Shown here piece after piece: positions 26,941-39,295 of a stretch of DNA of 64,000 bases (position 1 is its first letter; each line of letters opens with the position of its first letter). The notes beneath the pieces were generated by a model. That model saw only the letters and a program-made list of their open reading frames with translations. It was not told the DNA's origin and did no database searches. The translations under genes were made by a program, and so were the position numbers. The stretch is from Macrostomum hystrix (Eukaryota > Animalia > Platyhelminthes), in the NCBI GenBank assembly GCA_950097015.1, contig CATNEN010000007.1:1488001-1552000 (forward strand), given 5' to 3'.

Positions 26941-27182
26941 AATGGCACCTTAGGATAAGAAATGGCACCCTAGGATAAGAAATGGCACCCTAGGATAAGA
27001 AATGGCACCCTAGGATAAGAAATGGCACCCTAGGATAAGAAATGGCACCCTAGGATAAAAAATGGCACCCTAGGATAATAAATGGCACCCTAGGATAAGA
27101 AATGGCACCCTAGGATAAGAAATGGCACCCTCTCGGATAAGAAATGGCACCCTAGGATAAGAAATGGCACCCTAGGATAAGA
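26941..27182. repeat. 20-bp minisatellite aaatggcaccctaggataag
   Basis: Directly visible; contiguous with the previous array. Confidence 0.95.
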
Positions 27183-27829
27183 TAAGAAATTAATGCATAT
27201 GGACTCAAAACGCTGATTCAACAGCATGTGAGCCAAGTCTGGTGCAGAGGACACTAACTCACCATGATGCACTGACAGACAGACAGAATATCTAAGATTT
27301 GGCTCTCAAACTTCCTCAGAAGGGGGTAAGTAATAAAATTTTTGGGAAGTTTTCAACCGGTCATTCTATATACACAGGGAGAGGCAGTGATAGAATGAGG
27401 ACACACCCGACAATTGTTCCCTCATGGGCACCTGTTGTGATTTAAAATTCATCAGATCTGAGTTGCTGCTGGCTAATACATTTTTCATGAGCTATATCCC
27501 GTTGTGGCCTATAGAAATTGGCTGATTCCCGAGAAGAGTCTGAGAACAATAGACTAAGTTGTTGATCAGAATGGCCTAGAATTGCTCTGAGCAATAAGGA
27601 GCTTGGTCTTGAGTCTTAATATTGTTAACTGTATACTCAGGCTGAGCATTCTTGAGCAGACTCATGGGAATGCGCCGAGAGACTTCATAAACTTTCTTCC
27701 TTAGCAGAATCTTTATAGGACATGCGGCACTGTACCGAAACAGCAATGCGGTTTAGAAGTTGTCTTGTATTGATACAGGACTATCGCATAGTGACAAATA
27801 TGGGGTGAGAGAGACGGTGGTGGATTGGG

Positions 27830-28200
27830 TAGGAGAGAGGACAGGAGAGAAGGTAGGAGAGAGGGTAGGAGAGAAGGTAGGAGAGAGAGTAGGAGAGAGG
27901 GTAGGAGAGAGAGTAGGAGAGAGGGTAGGAGAGAGAGTAGGAGAGAGGGTAGGAGAAAGGATAGGAGAGGGGGTAGGAGAGAGGGTAGGAGAGAGGGTAG
28001 GAGAGAGGGTAGGAGAGAGGGTAGGAGAGAGAGTAGGAGAGAGAGTAGGAGAGAGGGTAGGAGAAAGGATAGGAGAGAGAGTAGGAGAGAGGGTAGGAGA
28101 GAGGGTAGGAGAGAGGGTAGGAGAGAGGGTAGGAGAGAGGGTAGGAGAGAGGGTAGGAGAGAGGGTAGGAGAGAGGTTAGGAGAGAGGGTGTTAGAGAGT
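27830..28200. repeat. 12-bp purine-rich repeat gtaggagagagg
   Basis: Directly visible; ERVG and REGR ORFs. Confidence 0.95.
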
Positions 28201-28904
28201 GTGATAGACTGGTAGAGAGTGTAGGAGAGCGGGAAGAGGATAGGGTGGTTGAGAGGGTAGGAGAGGGCTGTAGAAAGGTTAGTAAGGTGCTAGTGGTAGC
28301 GATGACAGAAGAGAAAGATTAGAGGTTAAGCACCATAAGTGAGGAGTAATATATTGCCAGTCCAAACTACAAGTCCAGCACTGTTGAACATCAAACAGCT
28401 GTTATGTCTGTACGAGCTGCACTGGTTGCACACGATAGAAGACATAATTGAATTCCAAATCGTTAACCCAGATAAGATACTGGCGAAGCTCAGCACAGAC
28501 TCAGGCACAACTGACTTGCTCCGATGACTGACTCACAGGAAGCTTAGAATTTTCTGGTCATTGCGTCGAATAGAAAATCTGCTTGGTCTCACAATATTAT
28601 AGAGAAATGCGTGGCATAGTGAGAACACGAGCTCACTTCTACAGCCTGTTTGAGCACAACAGCCTTGTCAATCGATTAATAAATATTCGTGTAGCTTGTT
28701 TAAAACTGCTTGGTAGAGTCAGAAATAACCGAAAACAATATAGTTTCTACTGGTTTTAAAAACCCAAATGCCGTCACGTGACGGCTTATGTGAGCATCAT
28801 TTTGGAGATTTGAATACGGTCATTTTAAGGATCTAAGTGCTGACATTCCCAGGATCTTATTGTGGTAGTTTTGGGATATAAACTGAGTTGTTTAAGGGGT
28901 TTCA

Positions 28905-29305
28905 AGAACCGTCATTTTCGGAATATTAGAGCGGTCATTTTAGGGAGATAAGGATGGTCATTTTAGGAATATTAGAACGATCATTTTAGGAAGACAAGGA
29001 TGGTCATTTTCGGAATATTAGAGCGGTCATTTAAGGGAGATAAGGACGGTCATTTTAGGGAGATAAGGATGGTCATTTTCGGAATATTAGAGCGGTCATT
29101 TAAGGGAGATAAGGACGGTCATTTTAGGGAGATAAGGATGGTCATTTTTGGGATATTAGAACGGTCATTTTAGGGAGATAAGGATGGACATTTTTGGAAT
29201 ATTATAACGGTCATTTTAGGGAGATAAGGATGGTCATTTTCGGAATATTAGAGCGGTCATTTTAGGGAGATAAGGACGGTCATTTTAGGGGTATAAACAC
29301 GGTCA
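28905..29305. repeat. 23-bp two-variant minisatellite ggtcattttagggagataaggat / ggtcattttcggaatattagagc
   Basis: Directly visible. Confidence 0.92.
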
Positions 29306-30277
29306 TGTTGGGCAAAGAAGCACCGGTCTATAGGGGCTCGTATGAATTTAGATTGTTTTTTTCCTAGAAAAATCGCACCTTGCACTCTTTGAAACAGAAA
29401 TCTTGTCTGATAACTTGCGAATAGACTAACTGTTTAGCAGTTTAGCAGTTTAACTGTTTAGCAGTGGAATATGACTTAGCGGTTAATGCGAGAATTAGCA
29501 CATTAGCACATTTGCCTACTCAAGCAGCTGTTTAGTTGTTAGAACGTGCCAAAACTGTCAACATCATGAACAAATTTAACAGATTTTTAACTAATGTGCA
29601 AGTAATCTTTCGCGAATTGTTGTTATCTGTCCAACTAAATAGTGCGATATTAACGTTCTCTTTTCAAATTCAGATTCAACGGAATCAAAATGAGAATGCT
29701 ATTTTCTATTTATATTTTTTGCAAGAAAACTACGACTTAAAGCATTAAAAACCGAGCGATGATGAATCATGGTCCAAACCAGATCGTCCATTGCAGATCA
29801 GGCGAACAATGGAGTCTTGGGTGCACGAGGGTCAGCAGCAGCAGCAGCCGTGGCGTTGGTGGTGGCCGTTTAAACAAAAGAGAAATAATCATTTCTTTTT
29901 TCTCCGAACCCCAATGCACCGGCTTTGAATTGTGAGCTAATGCGATAATGATGCCATGAGATGAGCCCGATGACAGGATCATTTGGACAAAAAAGAGGAA
30001 ATAAATTCAGCACCAGCAGCAGCAGCAGCAAAAGCAGCAGCTTGAGAGGCTCCCACCATGAACTCATTCGCTTTTTGATTCATTCACCGGCTGCAGGGGG
30101 AGAGAGACCGGCCGATCATCAATTCGTTAATTAGCGGAGGGCATTAACTTATTAGCCAGTTTTCGTAGCAATCAGTGCCGCGACTAAGCTAAGTGGCCAG
30201 CTCTGGCAACAATCGGAACTGTCTGGGGGGTGCTGCAGTTTGTTATGGTCACATCAGCCCGCATGCCAGTACATTAA

Positions 30278-30311
<34 letters not shown>

Positions 30312-32175
30312 ATGCATTGCCTCAGGTAATCTTTGCTCTTTCCTGGCGCGAATCAGAAGCCATCAGAAGTTTCTCAGACCTGTGCTCACATTTATACATA
30401 TACACATCGTTTCCTGTGACCAAATCTAGAATACTTTTTATATTTATTATTCCAGCCATATTTTTCTGGCGCTGGAAAAAAACACACGGGCCAGGCAAAT
30501 CAGAGGGCTAGGTTGTTGGGTGGGACATTGGATCGCCTCAAATCAGTCATTTTACGATGGAGCCGGGAGAGCCTTCTCTCTCCCTCCCAGATCCCGTCCA
30601 GTTTCCGGTTGGGGGTCTGGGGAATCTCAGAGTTGGCGGATGCGGGGTCCCCGGGGCCGTCATGCAGGTAGGCAGAGCATGGGATGTCACGGGATTAGAG
30701 GCAAAGTGATCGGAGGAGGTGGGGTGGGCTAGCCCAAATCCCGGGCAAGTTTTGGGCGTCGGTGAGTGAGTGAATGAGGAAAATTAGCGGATTTATCTTC
30801 TGTTGTTAGGCGGCAGTTGTGGGAAAATCAGGCCTGTGGGATTCCTGCGGGCCTCCCATGGGGAGTGTCTGGGGGATCTGATAGAAAAGTTTTCCCACTG
30901 CAGGCTGCAGAGCGCATGGAGGGAGCAAACGGTAAACATTGCGAGGGATCCCTGATGAGCGCTTCAGGAATTTCGACTTAATTATATTAATGCGAGCCGA
31001 CGCGAACCAACACAAATCTGGGAGATTTTGGGAGCGTGATCCCAGAGACTGGGGCAGGGAAGCAAGGGTGAGAACTTTAATGGGAGATTTCGATTGCTAA
31101 TAAATTAGCAAAATTTGAGTCCGTTAAAGCTAAGGATTTTTTAACTCATAGAAAATTTTGAGCTCTGGGGAAATTTTGTCTTGTGAAAAATCCACGTTTT
31201 GAGCTTTCGATGGAATTTTGAGCATTGAGGAAAATTTTGTACTCTGAAAAGTTATTTTGCTGTGGGAGATTTTGAGCTTTTGGGCTCTGAGCAAAGTTTG
31301 AGCGTTTAGGAAGCATTGCATTTTGGGACATTTTTACTTCAGGAAAACTTTCCTGCTTCGAGACATTCTCGAGCTTTAGGAAGTATATTTTCAATAGTCG
31401 GTATCCAAGGCTATAAAAAATAATAATGAAGTGCTGAGAACACTTCGAAAATTCATTTAATAAGATGAGCTGCTCAAAAAGACAATAAGTCATTCTTAAT
31501 TTAAGAATGACACAATTAGCAAAATTATTTTACAAGCAATCAACTGACTCGTTTATTAATTGACTGCCATCTTCTTTGAAAGAAACAATCGGTAAAGCAC
31601 GGTTCCACGCTGCGAAACCGATTAATGCATCCGCATGGCATGCTCCGAACACTGCCCACCAGCCCCCCCAGCAACTGAGCAGTCGCCGATTTTCATTCAT
31701 ATTTTTGGGATCACTTGTCGTTTTTAAGTGCTTCTAGGGAGCTTGAAAATTTATTCAATTCCTTCTTCCCTCAAATTGTCGCTCATTTTTGTCAGTTGAG
31801 GTGTGAAATTTATTGGTACTTCTGCTGGCGGGGATAATTATCCCCCGCCAAGGCACTTGATTTTGCCAACCCCATAAAGCTTCGGCTATAATAGCTTGAT
31901 TGAGCTGTCCATCTTGAGCACTGCGGGGTGGACAGGCTGGGCTCGAGTTTCGCACGTCGGTTAGGGTGGGATTTTATCCCAACAGGAGGGAAAATATTAG
32001 TTTTTTGGCCGATGGGGCATTTTTTGGTATCCAGGGCGAAGAGGATGTGACACCTTGGGGGGTCCACGTGGCAACTGGACTCAGTTAGCCTCTTCTATGG
32101 CCGTTTTAGCTCACTGCCTCACTTTCTGAGTATAGTCTCAGCTCAGGGCTCTATATGCCTCTCTAGTGAGAGACT

Positions 32176-32870
32176 AGTGACAGAATCGAGTGAGATGGTG
32201 AGACAGTCAAACAGACGGGCGTGAGAGAATCGAGTGAGATGGTGAGACAGTAAAACAGACGGGCGTGAGAGAATCGAGTGAGATGGTGAGACAGTAAAAC
32301 AGACGGGCGTGAGAGAATCGAGTGAGATGGTGAGACAGTAAAACAGACGGGCGTGAGAGAATCGAGTGAGATGGTGAGACAGTAAAACAGACGGGCGTGA
32401 GAGAATCGAGTGAGATGGTGAGACAGTAAAACAGACGGGCGTGACAGAATCGAGTGAGATGGTGAGACAGTAAAACAGACGGGCGTGACAGAATCGAGTG
32501 AGATGGTGAGACAGTAAAACAGACGGGCGTGAGAGAATCGAGTGAGATGGTGAGACAGTAAAACAGACAGGTGTGAGAGAATCGAGTGAGATGGTGAGAC
32601 AGTAAAACAGACGGGCGTGAGAGAATCGAGTGAGATGGTGAGACAGTCAAACAGACGGGCGTGAGAGAATCGAGTGAGATGGTGAGACAGTCAAACAGAC
32701 GGGCGTGAGAGAATCGAGTGAGATGGTGAGACAGTAAAACAGACAGGTGTGAGAGAATCGAGTGAGATGGTGAGACAGTAAAACAGACGGGCGTGAGAGA
32801 ATCGAGTGAGATGGTGAGACAGTCAAACAGACGGGCGTGAGAGAATCGAGTGAGATGGTGAGACAGTCAG
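32176..32870. repeat. 44-bp minisatellite gagagaatcgagtgagatggtgagacagtaaaacagacgggcgt
   Basis: Period measured from 32223 to 32267; about 15 units, with no unique spacers. Confidence 0.97.
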
Positions 32871-35159
32871 ATAGGTTAGCAGATAAATCAGAGATTTGAG
32901 TAGGACAAACCAGGCGAAGTGTCCTGCTCTGACGGTCGCACACTCAAAGGCCAGTCATGCAGGATTTAAAAATTTGTAAAGATTGCTCAGCTAGCAGTCA
33001 GAATGGGACTTAAGGTTGGCGGTGGGGTGGGTGTTAGACCAGCATCCCCTGTCGTGTTTCCAAGTGTTCAAGCACAAGCTTTCAATTCCAAGCTGCAACA
33101 GCAGAACAGTTTGAAGCAACACAGGATGTTGCAGGCCGGGCTGTGCTCCTTCAGGCCTAACAGTTGACAAGGGCCCCGCATTATCGTCCGGGTTCTGCAC
33201 TTCCTGCCAGAGCTGGAATTGCTGGATGAGGAGTAGGGATTTTGAAGCATTTCAGCACTGCATGGTCCGCGCACGCTTGGAAGAGCGAATTCACAAGAGC
33301 GGTTCCTGTCCCGTATATTGCTGTTCTCTCTTTTCTCTTTCCTATATTTTTACCTCCAGGAGACTGTGTGTGTGTGTGTGTGGCATTAGAGCACTCAACC
33401 CGTCCTAATGTCGCAGGGGTAAGGGCACATCACACGAACACACGAGCATAACACTATGGGGTAATGAGAGGCAGCGACAGCACACAAGTGCTCAACATGG
33501 CCCAGAATGCCGCATTCAGCTATAGAAAGGAAGTGGGGTGGCTAACGGAAGGTGGCTTGTCTGCGGGACCCCAAGCGGTATGGCAGGGCAGTGAATGGAG
33601 GACAAGGGGTTCCGGATGCTGCGAGAGCCTGAAGAGCTGGGGAGGGGTTGCAATCGCTGGGATTTCTAAAAGGGTCGGAGGGGAAGTTAGAGAGAGAGAG
33701 GATGTCAGGTAAGGAAGCAAGGTGCGCTCAGGGGTTGGGATCCACAAGTTGACGAAGCATTTGAAAGGATTATATAGCCCTGAGCAGTTGCGTTGGGCCG
33801 GGAGAGACGCGCTGATGAAGTTGGTGGCGGGACACTCTACAATTAGTTGAAGGGGGTGGAGGGAGGTGGTGTTGTGTCCTGCTCACACAACAAGTCTTAC
33901 ATACACATCAGCGCAGACCCCCTTTCTGGCTCCAACTCTCGGAAGCATCAACAGCACACACTAGCCTGGCGATGCGTGAGCGACCGCTTGCTCCTCAAAG
34001 CTCTTTTCCCCCGCACTGCGCGTCAAGTGGAATGGAATGAGACAGAGGCGCATGAAGTCGCCGGTTCTGGCCGAGAACCTGGCACTAAAGGATGGGGAGA
34101 GCCAAAGCGTCAATTCAAACACGATTACTCCATTAAGGGTGTTTCCGGGCCTGTTCAAGAGCTGCGATTTAGCGGCTGGGATGGGAATAACTGGGAATAC
34201 GAAGGGGAGAGAGGAGTTTTTTGAGACTGAGAGATAGGGCCAGAGACAGATGGACTAAGCCGTAATTCAATTCGGGCAAGTCCCTTTGCGCGGCTCAGCG
34301 CTTGGCCCCTGTGCAACATAATACAGCAAAAGCAGAGCTTGAGTGGCCTCCGCGCGAGTCCGTGCGCAAACTCTTCCTAAAAATCTGATCCACTCTGCCC
34401 ACTTGTCATGCAGCTCTTCTCTCTCTTAAACGCAGCAGCAGCTCAGGCTGTATTTGCAACACTTGTCCGCAAAGTACCCAAAATCTGCGAGTTTATAGAT
34501 GATTAAAACAGTCAGCTCTCTGCACTGAAATCGCAAAGTCTATAACTAACAGATGAAAAATACAAATTAACAAAAAATCGCATTCAAATCCGTATTTATT
34601 TCACAGCACTATACTGGGGCTGTCAAAATCCAAATCGATTAATTTTTCTGAACTTCATGGCACAAAATGATGCTTTTCCATTTTATTTCTAAGAGCACGC
34701 TGAGAAACGATGGCAAGTTAAAGTTAAGGAATTGGCTAGAAAAAAAATTATTTTAAGTATATAGTTGTTAATGTATATAATGTTATGCGTCCAGCATTCG
34801 ACGTGGGCGTAATATAACACCGCGAGAGAATACTACTAAGAAGTAGTAGTATGGCTCGGGCGAAGTACTAAAACTTTACTGGTTTTTCGCGTCTATGATA
34901 ACTACAGAAAAAATAACGAAAACGTACGAGCCAGCCTTAATTAGCCGTGGCTGCCGCACCTGATGCTCGGGGACAGCTGCGGCTTCAATTGAAAGCGTTG
35001 CAAAAATCAACGCAGCAAAAAAGCTATTAATACAGACCTCGAACTCGCCGCTACGCGCAGAGAGCGGGCTTATTTGCTTGCTAGTCCTAAAACATCAGTT
35101 CTTGTTTTCCCTTTAAACTGTATTCTAAAAGTTGTGTATCTCACAATAAACTAAAAAGA

Positions 35160-36230
35160 AACACGAGTGTAACTTATCCCGCTCGATATCCCGCTCGATA
35201 TTCCGATCGATATTCCGACAGATAATGTAGTGTACTTAAACAAAAGCTAAAGAGAACAAAAAAGGAAAACAAAAACTCTCTTTATTTTTATTTTACTCAA
35301 TTTAGTTTTTAATAATAATTATCACTTTCAATAATTTTTTCTCCAGAACAAAACAGTTGAAATGCATTTTATTTCATAAAATACTCTTGCTACAGATGAA
35401 TGATGCATTTCGGGTCAGGTGGTGATTTAACTGTCGGGACGATGAATGAACTGTCGGGATGATGCATTAACTGTCGGGATGTTGCAATAACTGTCGGGTC
35501 AGGTGGTGATTTTACTGTCGGGACGATGAATTAACTGTCGGGATGATGCATTAACTGTCGGGATGTTGCAATAACTGTCGGGTCAGGTGGTGATTTTACT
35601 GTCGGGACGATGAATTAACTGTCGGGATGATGCATTAACTGTCGGGATGTTGCAATAACTGTCGGGTCAGGTGGTGATTTTACTGTCGGGACGATGAATT
35701 AACTGTCGGGATGATGCATTAACTGTCGGGATGTTGCAATAACTGTCGGGTCAGGTGGTGATTTTACTGTCGGGACGATGAATTAACTGTCGGGATGATG
35801 CATTAACTGTCGGACCATCGTCCCGACCGTTAATCAATCATCCCGACAGTTATTTAAAGGCCTGTCCCGACTGTTAATGCATCGTCCCGACCGTTAATCA
35901 ATCATCCCGACAGTTATTTGAAGACCTGAGCCTACAGTTGATGCATCGTCCCTGGTGTTCATCGATCATCCTGAACTGTAGCTGGATGTTTTTATTATGT
36001 TCTGTAATGCATTTATGCCGTAAAGAGGTTCAAATTGCAATTAGAACATTCATCTGCTTGCTCTTTTCAAATGTAAGTGTTTGTCCCTTTTTATCTTTTT
36101 TTTCCAGCGACCAACCAAGTAGTTCACGGTGATTCATTTGTTTTGCTACATTTAGTTTCATTTAAAAATATCGATCGGAATATCGAGCGGAATATCGAGC
36201 GGAATATCTGTCGGTGAATGTTATATACGT
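35160..36230. mobile_element. Putative non-autonomous foldback/TIR DNA element (about 1.07 kb) with internal inverted arrays
   Basis: Left end ...atcccgctcgatattccgatcgatattccgacagata (35176-35225) matches the reverse complement of the right end atatcgatcggaatatcgagcggaatatcgagcggaatatctgtcgg (36168-36213). Interior has an 84-bp array (35412, 35496, 35580, 35664, 35748) followed by inverted copies (35815-35930). No transposase ORF. Confidence 0.65.
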
Positions 36231-36916
36231 AAAAGAAACACGAAGTCCAAAGAGAGATAACGAAAAAACAAATTAAACAATTTTTTAAACAATACATTGA
36301 TCAAACTTAATAGATTATTACTTTATTTAGTTTGTTTAGTTTTTATTGAAAAAATATATAAATTTACCAACAATCATGACCAGTTATCATAATGTTCTTG
36401 GAATATTCTACGTGTATCGAGTTTTAATTTCGAAAATATGTACTGATTTTTCTTTTAGCGACTATAGATGGCTTTCCGCAAAATAATTTGCGAAATTAGC
36501 CGTTACATTTCTTTGCGTAGAAGAACATTGCAGTTATTTGACTACTTACTATTGTCTATTAAAAGAAAATTAATCTATCATATAATATAGCTTTTATATT
36601 TTTGTTCTGTATGCCCCTTCATCATTTCTGTAGAGTCAGTCCAAACCAATTATGCAATAATAAAAGCAATTATGTCTAGTAATCATGCATTCAGCATCTA
36701 TCTTATTATGCTTTGCTGACACTAACTAACCAACCATTGTTTATATTTTTTAAGAGTTTCATTCCGAAATTCTAATAAATTTACGAGTGTTAAAGAACTC
36801 TTGACTTTGAAATACCAAAACAAATTACAAATTACAGTCCACATATGCCATCAAATATGGTAAAAAATGGCAGGCACAGAGCCTGCCATTGTGATATTTT
36901 CTTTGATAAATATTTT

Positions 36917-37230
36917 GGGGCTGAGTGGCAGAGCACCTAGTGCATTTGCCTCTTTCACTTGCTTGATTCTATGGCAAGGCCACATTCATTTGGGTTGCTG
37001 CCATGGAGAGATGGCTTGGGGGCTTGTCCTGCAATATCTGCCTTTGAGGGCCAACCTCCATGGTACACTGTCTGAGAATGAGAAATTTAAGGTAGATGTA
37101 TATACCTATGTGAGTATATGCCTATGGATAGTATCTATGTGCATTTGTGCTCATAAAATCAAAGAGTCAGCAAAATGGGCAGAATTGCCTCCTTGCTATG
37201 GGTTTAGTGGCCCAATTGATGTGCCTGCAG
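36917..37230 (-). repeat. Dispersed repeat, copy A (CpG-free); homologous to 49965-50240
   Basis: Reverse complement shares ordered blocks gaggcaattctgcc, tacatct..tttctcat, cagtgtac, gaggttggccct, cccaaatgaatgtggcct and gctctgccact with the SEL1L-intron copy. Confidence 0.85.
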
Positions 37231-38561
37231 CCCTCTTATGATAAAGTAATAATCATTGCAGTATCATTATATAATTTGAAAATACAACAATTATACATAC
37301 AAAGGTTAATTATATTTTTTAACAGATTCAAAGTTTTTTCTATGATGCAAGAGTGCCTAAGCATTGAACAGCCCAGATTTTTTATGTTGCCTTTTGTGTA
37401 AAAAACAAAGTTTATTTTTTTCTTGATAAGCTATCAAAATCAAAAAGTTAAATAGTAGTGACAACAATTGTTTTCAATCTTTAAGATATAATATTTAAAA
37501 TTTATTTTTATATGTCTCATAAAATTTATTTCTCATATTAGTTTATGAGTTTATGAGTCATATGAGTTTATTTCTCATAAAATATTGCATATACAGAAAA
37601 AATCCTATTCAGCAGAGCTATAGAAATTCAATGGTATAAAATAGTTTAAGTCAATTCTATCTTTAAAAAATAAAGTCTGTTATTCAACTATTATAAATAA
37701 TATAGTTTCCCCATTAATGTTTTACGACCTTTAATGCTGTTTAAAAAACTAAAAATAGAATCAGGTATATCCTTCCTGTAGACAATCTGTCTCGTTGCTT
37801 ATATACAGAGTCCAAAGGATTAACCAATAGGCTCTAGCCTCAGTTATAGAACATAGATTATTTTTTATCAGTCATGTAGTAAACTACCATTATATATAAA
37901 TTATGTACTATTAGTTTGTAGGCCTTAGTATATAATTTACTATAATGAAAAATAGTAAAAAAGTGTTTTTGCTATGCATAATTCAACATATATTTTGGTT
38001 CACACTTAGGTAATATTAATAATCAATAACTAAAAAATTTGATTAACATAAAATCAACATGAAAAATAGTGGTACTGGTACCTAACAAAACTTATTTTAT
38101 ATTCAATCAATTTAGCTAGCTGTAGTTAGTGCTAGTAATTTGTACATTGACAATAATTCTACAGTACTTGACAGTGTCTTACAATCACTTGGTCACATTG
38201 AAAGTACAGCTTCTCTGACATCATAGTGCAGTGTACACACTGCTTTGTGGTTTACAGTAGAACCCAGTTAATCTATATATTTACCATTACCAATACCAAA
38301 GGATCAAACTCTGTATCATCTTCCAGGAGTTAAAAGTGTCTTAAAATCTAGATATTATTTTTATTAAACTATTGTTTATAGTTTATATGTGAATGTATAA
38401 ATGAGATATGTGAATGTGCTGCGAAAACGGCAAGAGTGTTGATATTATTTTTGTCAGTAAATAGTAATTGTTTGGGAATTAATGCTTTAAAAACAAACTT
38501 GGGTGTGGCAGTAAGACAAATTCGAAATGCACTTTTATTCGTTGTTACTCTTTGATTTGAG

Positions 38562-38860
38562 GCAGAGGTTGTAGCCTAGTGGTTAGGGCGTCGGACTCAT
38601 GACTTGAAGGTCGGGGGTTCGATTCCCGACTCCACTGGAACAATTTGCGTCCTTTAGCAAGACACTTAACTCTGCATTGCTTCAGTTCACCCAGCTGTTA
38701 AATGGGTACCAGCATCAGCTGGGATAATTGAAGGTGGGTGTGGCGTCCCTCCAGTCCGTGGACTGAACAGCTGTACGCAGCCTTCAGATGCGCCCCGCAT
38801 TAGCTACGGCTGTGCTGTCGGCTGCACATCTGACCCAATTGGGGCAGGTGTAATCAATTA
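38562..38860 (+). mobile_element. Full-length tRNA-derived SINE with a CORE-like central domain
   Basis: A box TAGCCTAGTGG (38572-38582) and B box GGTTCGATTCC (38616-38626). Then cctttagcaagacacttaact...cagctgttaaatgggtacc, which resembles the MIR/CORE domain, and a 3' tail with a gcccc...ggggc stem. Two further copies lie in this window. Confidence 0.8.
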
Positions 38861-39295
38861 TTGATTAAGTTTCTAATTACTAGTTCGTTTATGTGTTAGA
38901 TTGCTAAATTACAAATCTATTTTTCGCAACAAAAAATAAGTTCGCTTTTTTCGGCGAAGCAAAATAGAAGTGATGAGTCGTTTGGGAAGGATGGAGATCG
39001 GCTGCTGAGTACGCACTATTGGAGGTTGAGCAAAATGGGATTAGATGGCGGGGAGAGGAAAACTGGACTGGGAACATTTGGATGAGAGCGGGCGGCGGGG
39101 GATGGGGCAGCCAGCTGGGATGTCCGGACGGGAGTCAGGCAAGTGCGCACTGAGCAGTCGACTTTTTTAACCAAAGAAAAATGGAAAGAGATTTGGAGAC
39201 AGAGATAAGGCTCAGTAAGAGAGAGACTCTAGTCGAGCAAATCCCCGAGGTCTTCGTCGACCCCTTCGCCATTGCATCCTTCTCTCTTCTTAGTC

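Noticed and set aside
32176-32870. CRISPR-like appearance of the regular 20-44-bp arrays
   Set aside because: Units abut directly with no unique spacers, there are no cas genes, and the context is eukaryotic.
34829-34851. Hairpin atactact-aagaagt-agtagtat as a Helitron 3' end
   Set aside because: The stem is AT-rich, there is no CTRR terminus at the expected distance, and the similarity to 45768-45785 is too weak to define a family.
36017-36030. ccgtaaaga, resembling the start of a flatworm spliced-leader sequence
   Set aside because: Only about 9 nt match, with no following donor or Sm site; consistent with chance.
36867-37241. 124-aa ORF in the AT-rich block
   Set aside because: It is the antisense reading of a mutated dispersed repeat and has no recognisable domain.
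38564-38636. tRNA-Met(CAT) gene
   Set aside because: A/B boxes are present, but the acceptor and anticodon stems do not pair properly and the sequence continues into a multicopy SINE body.
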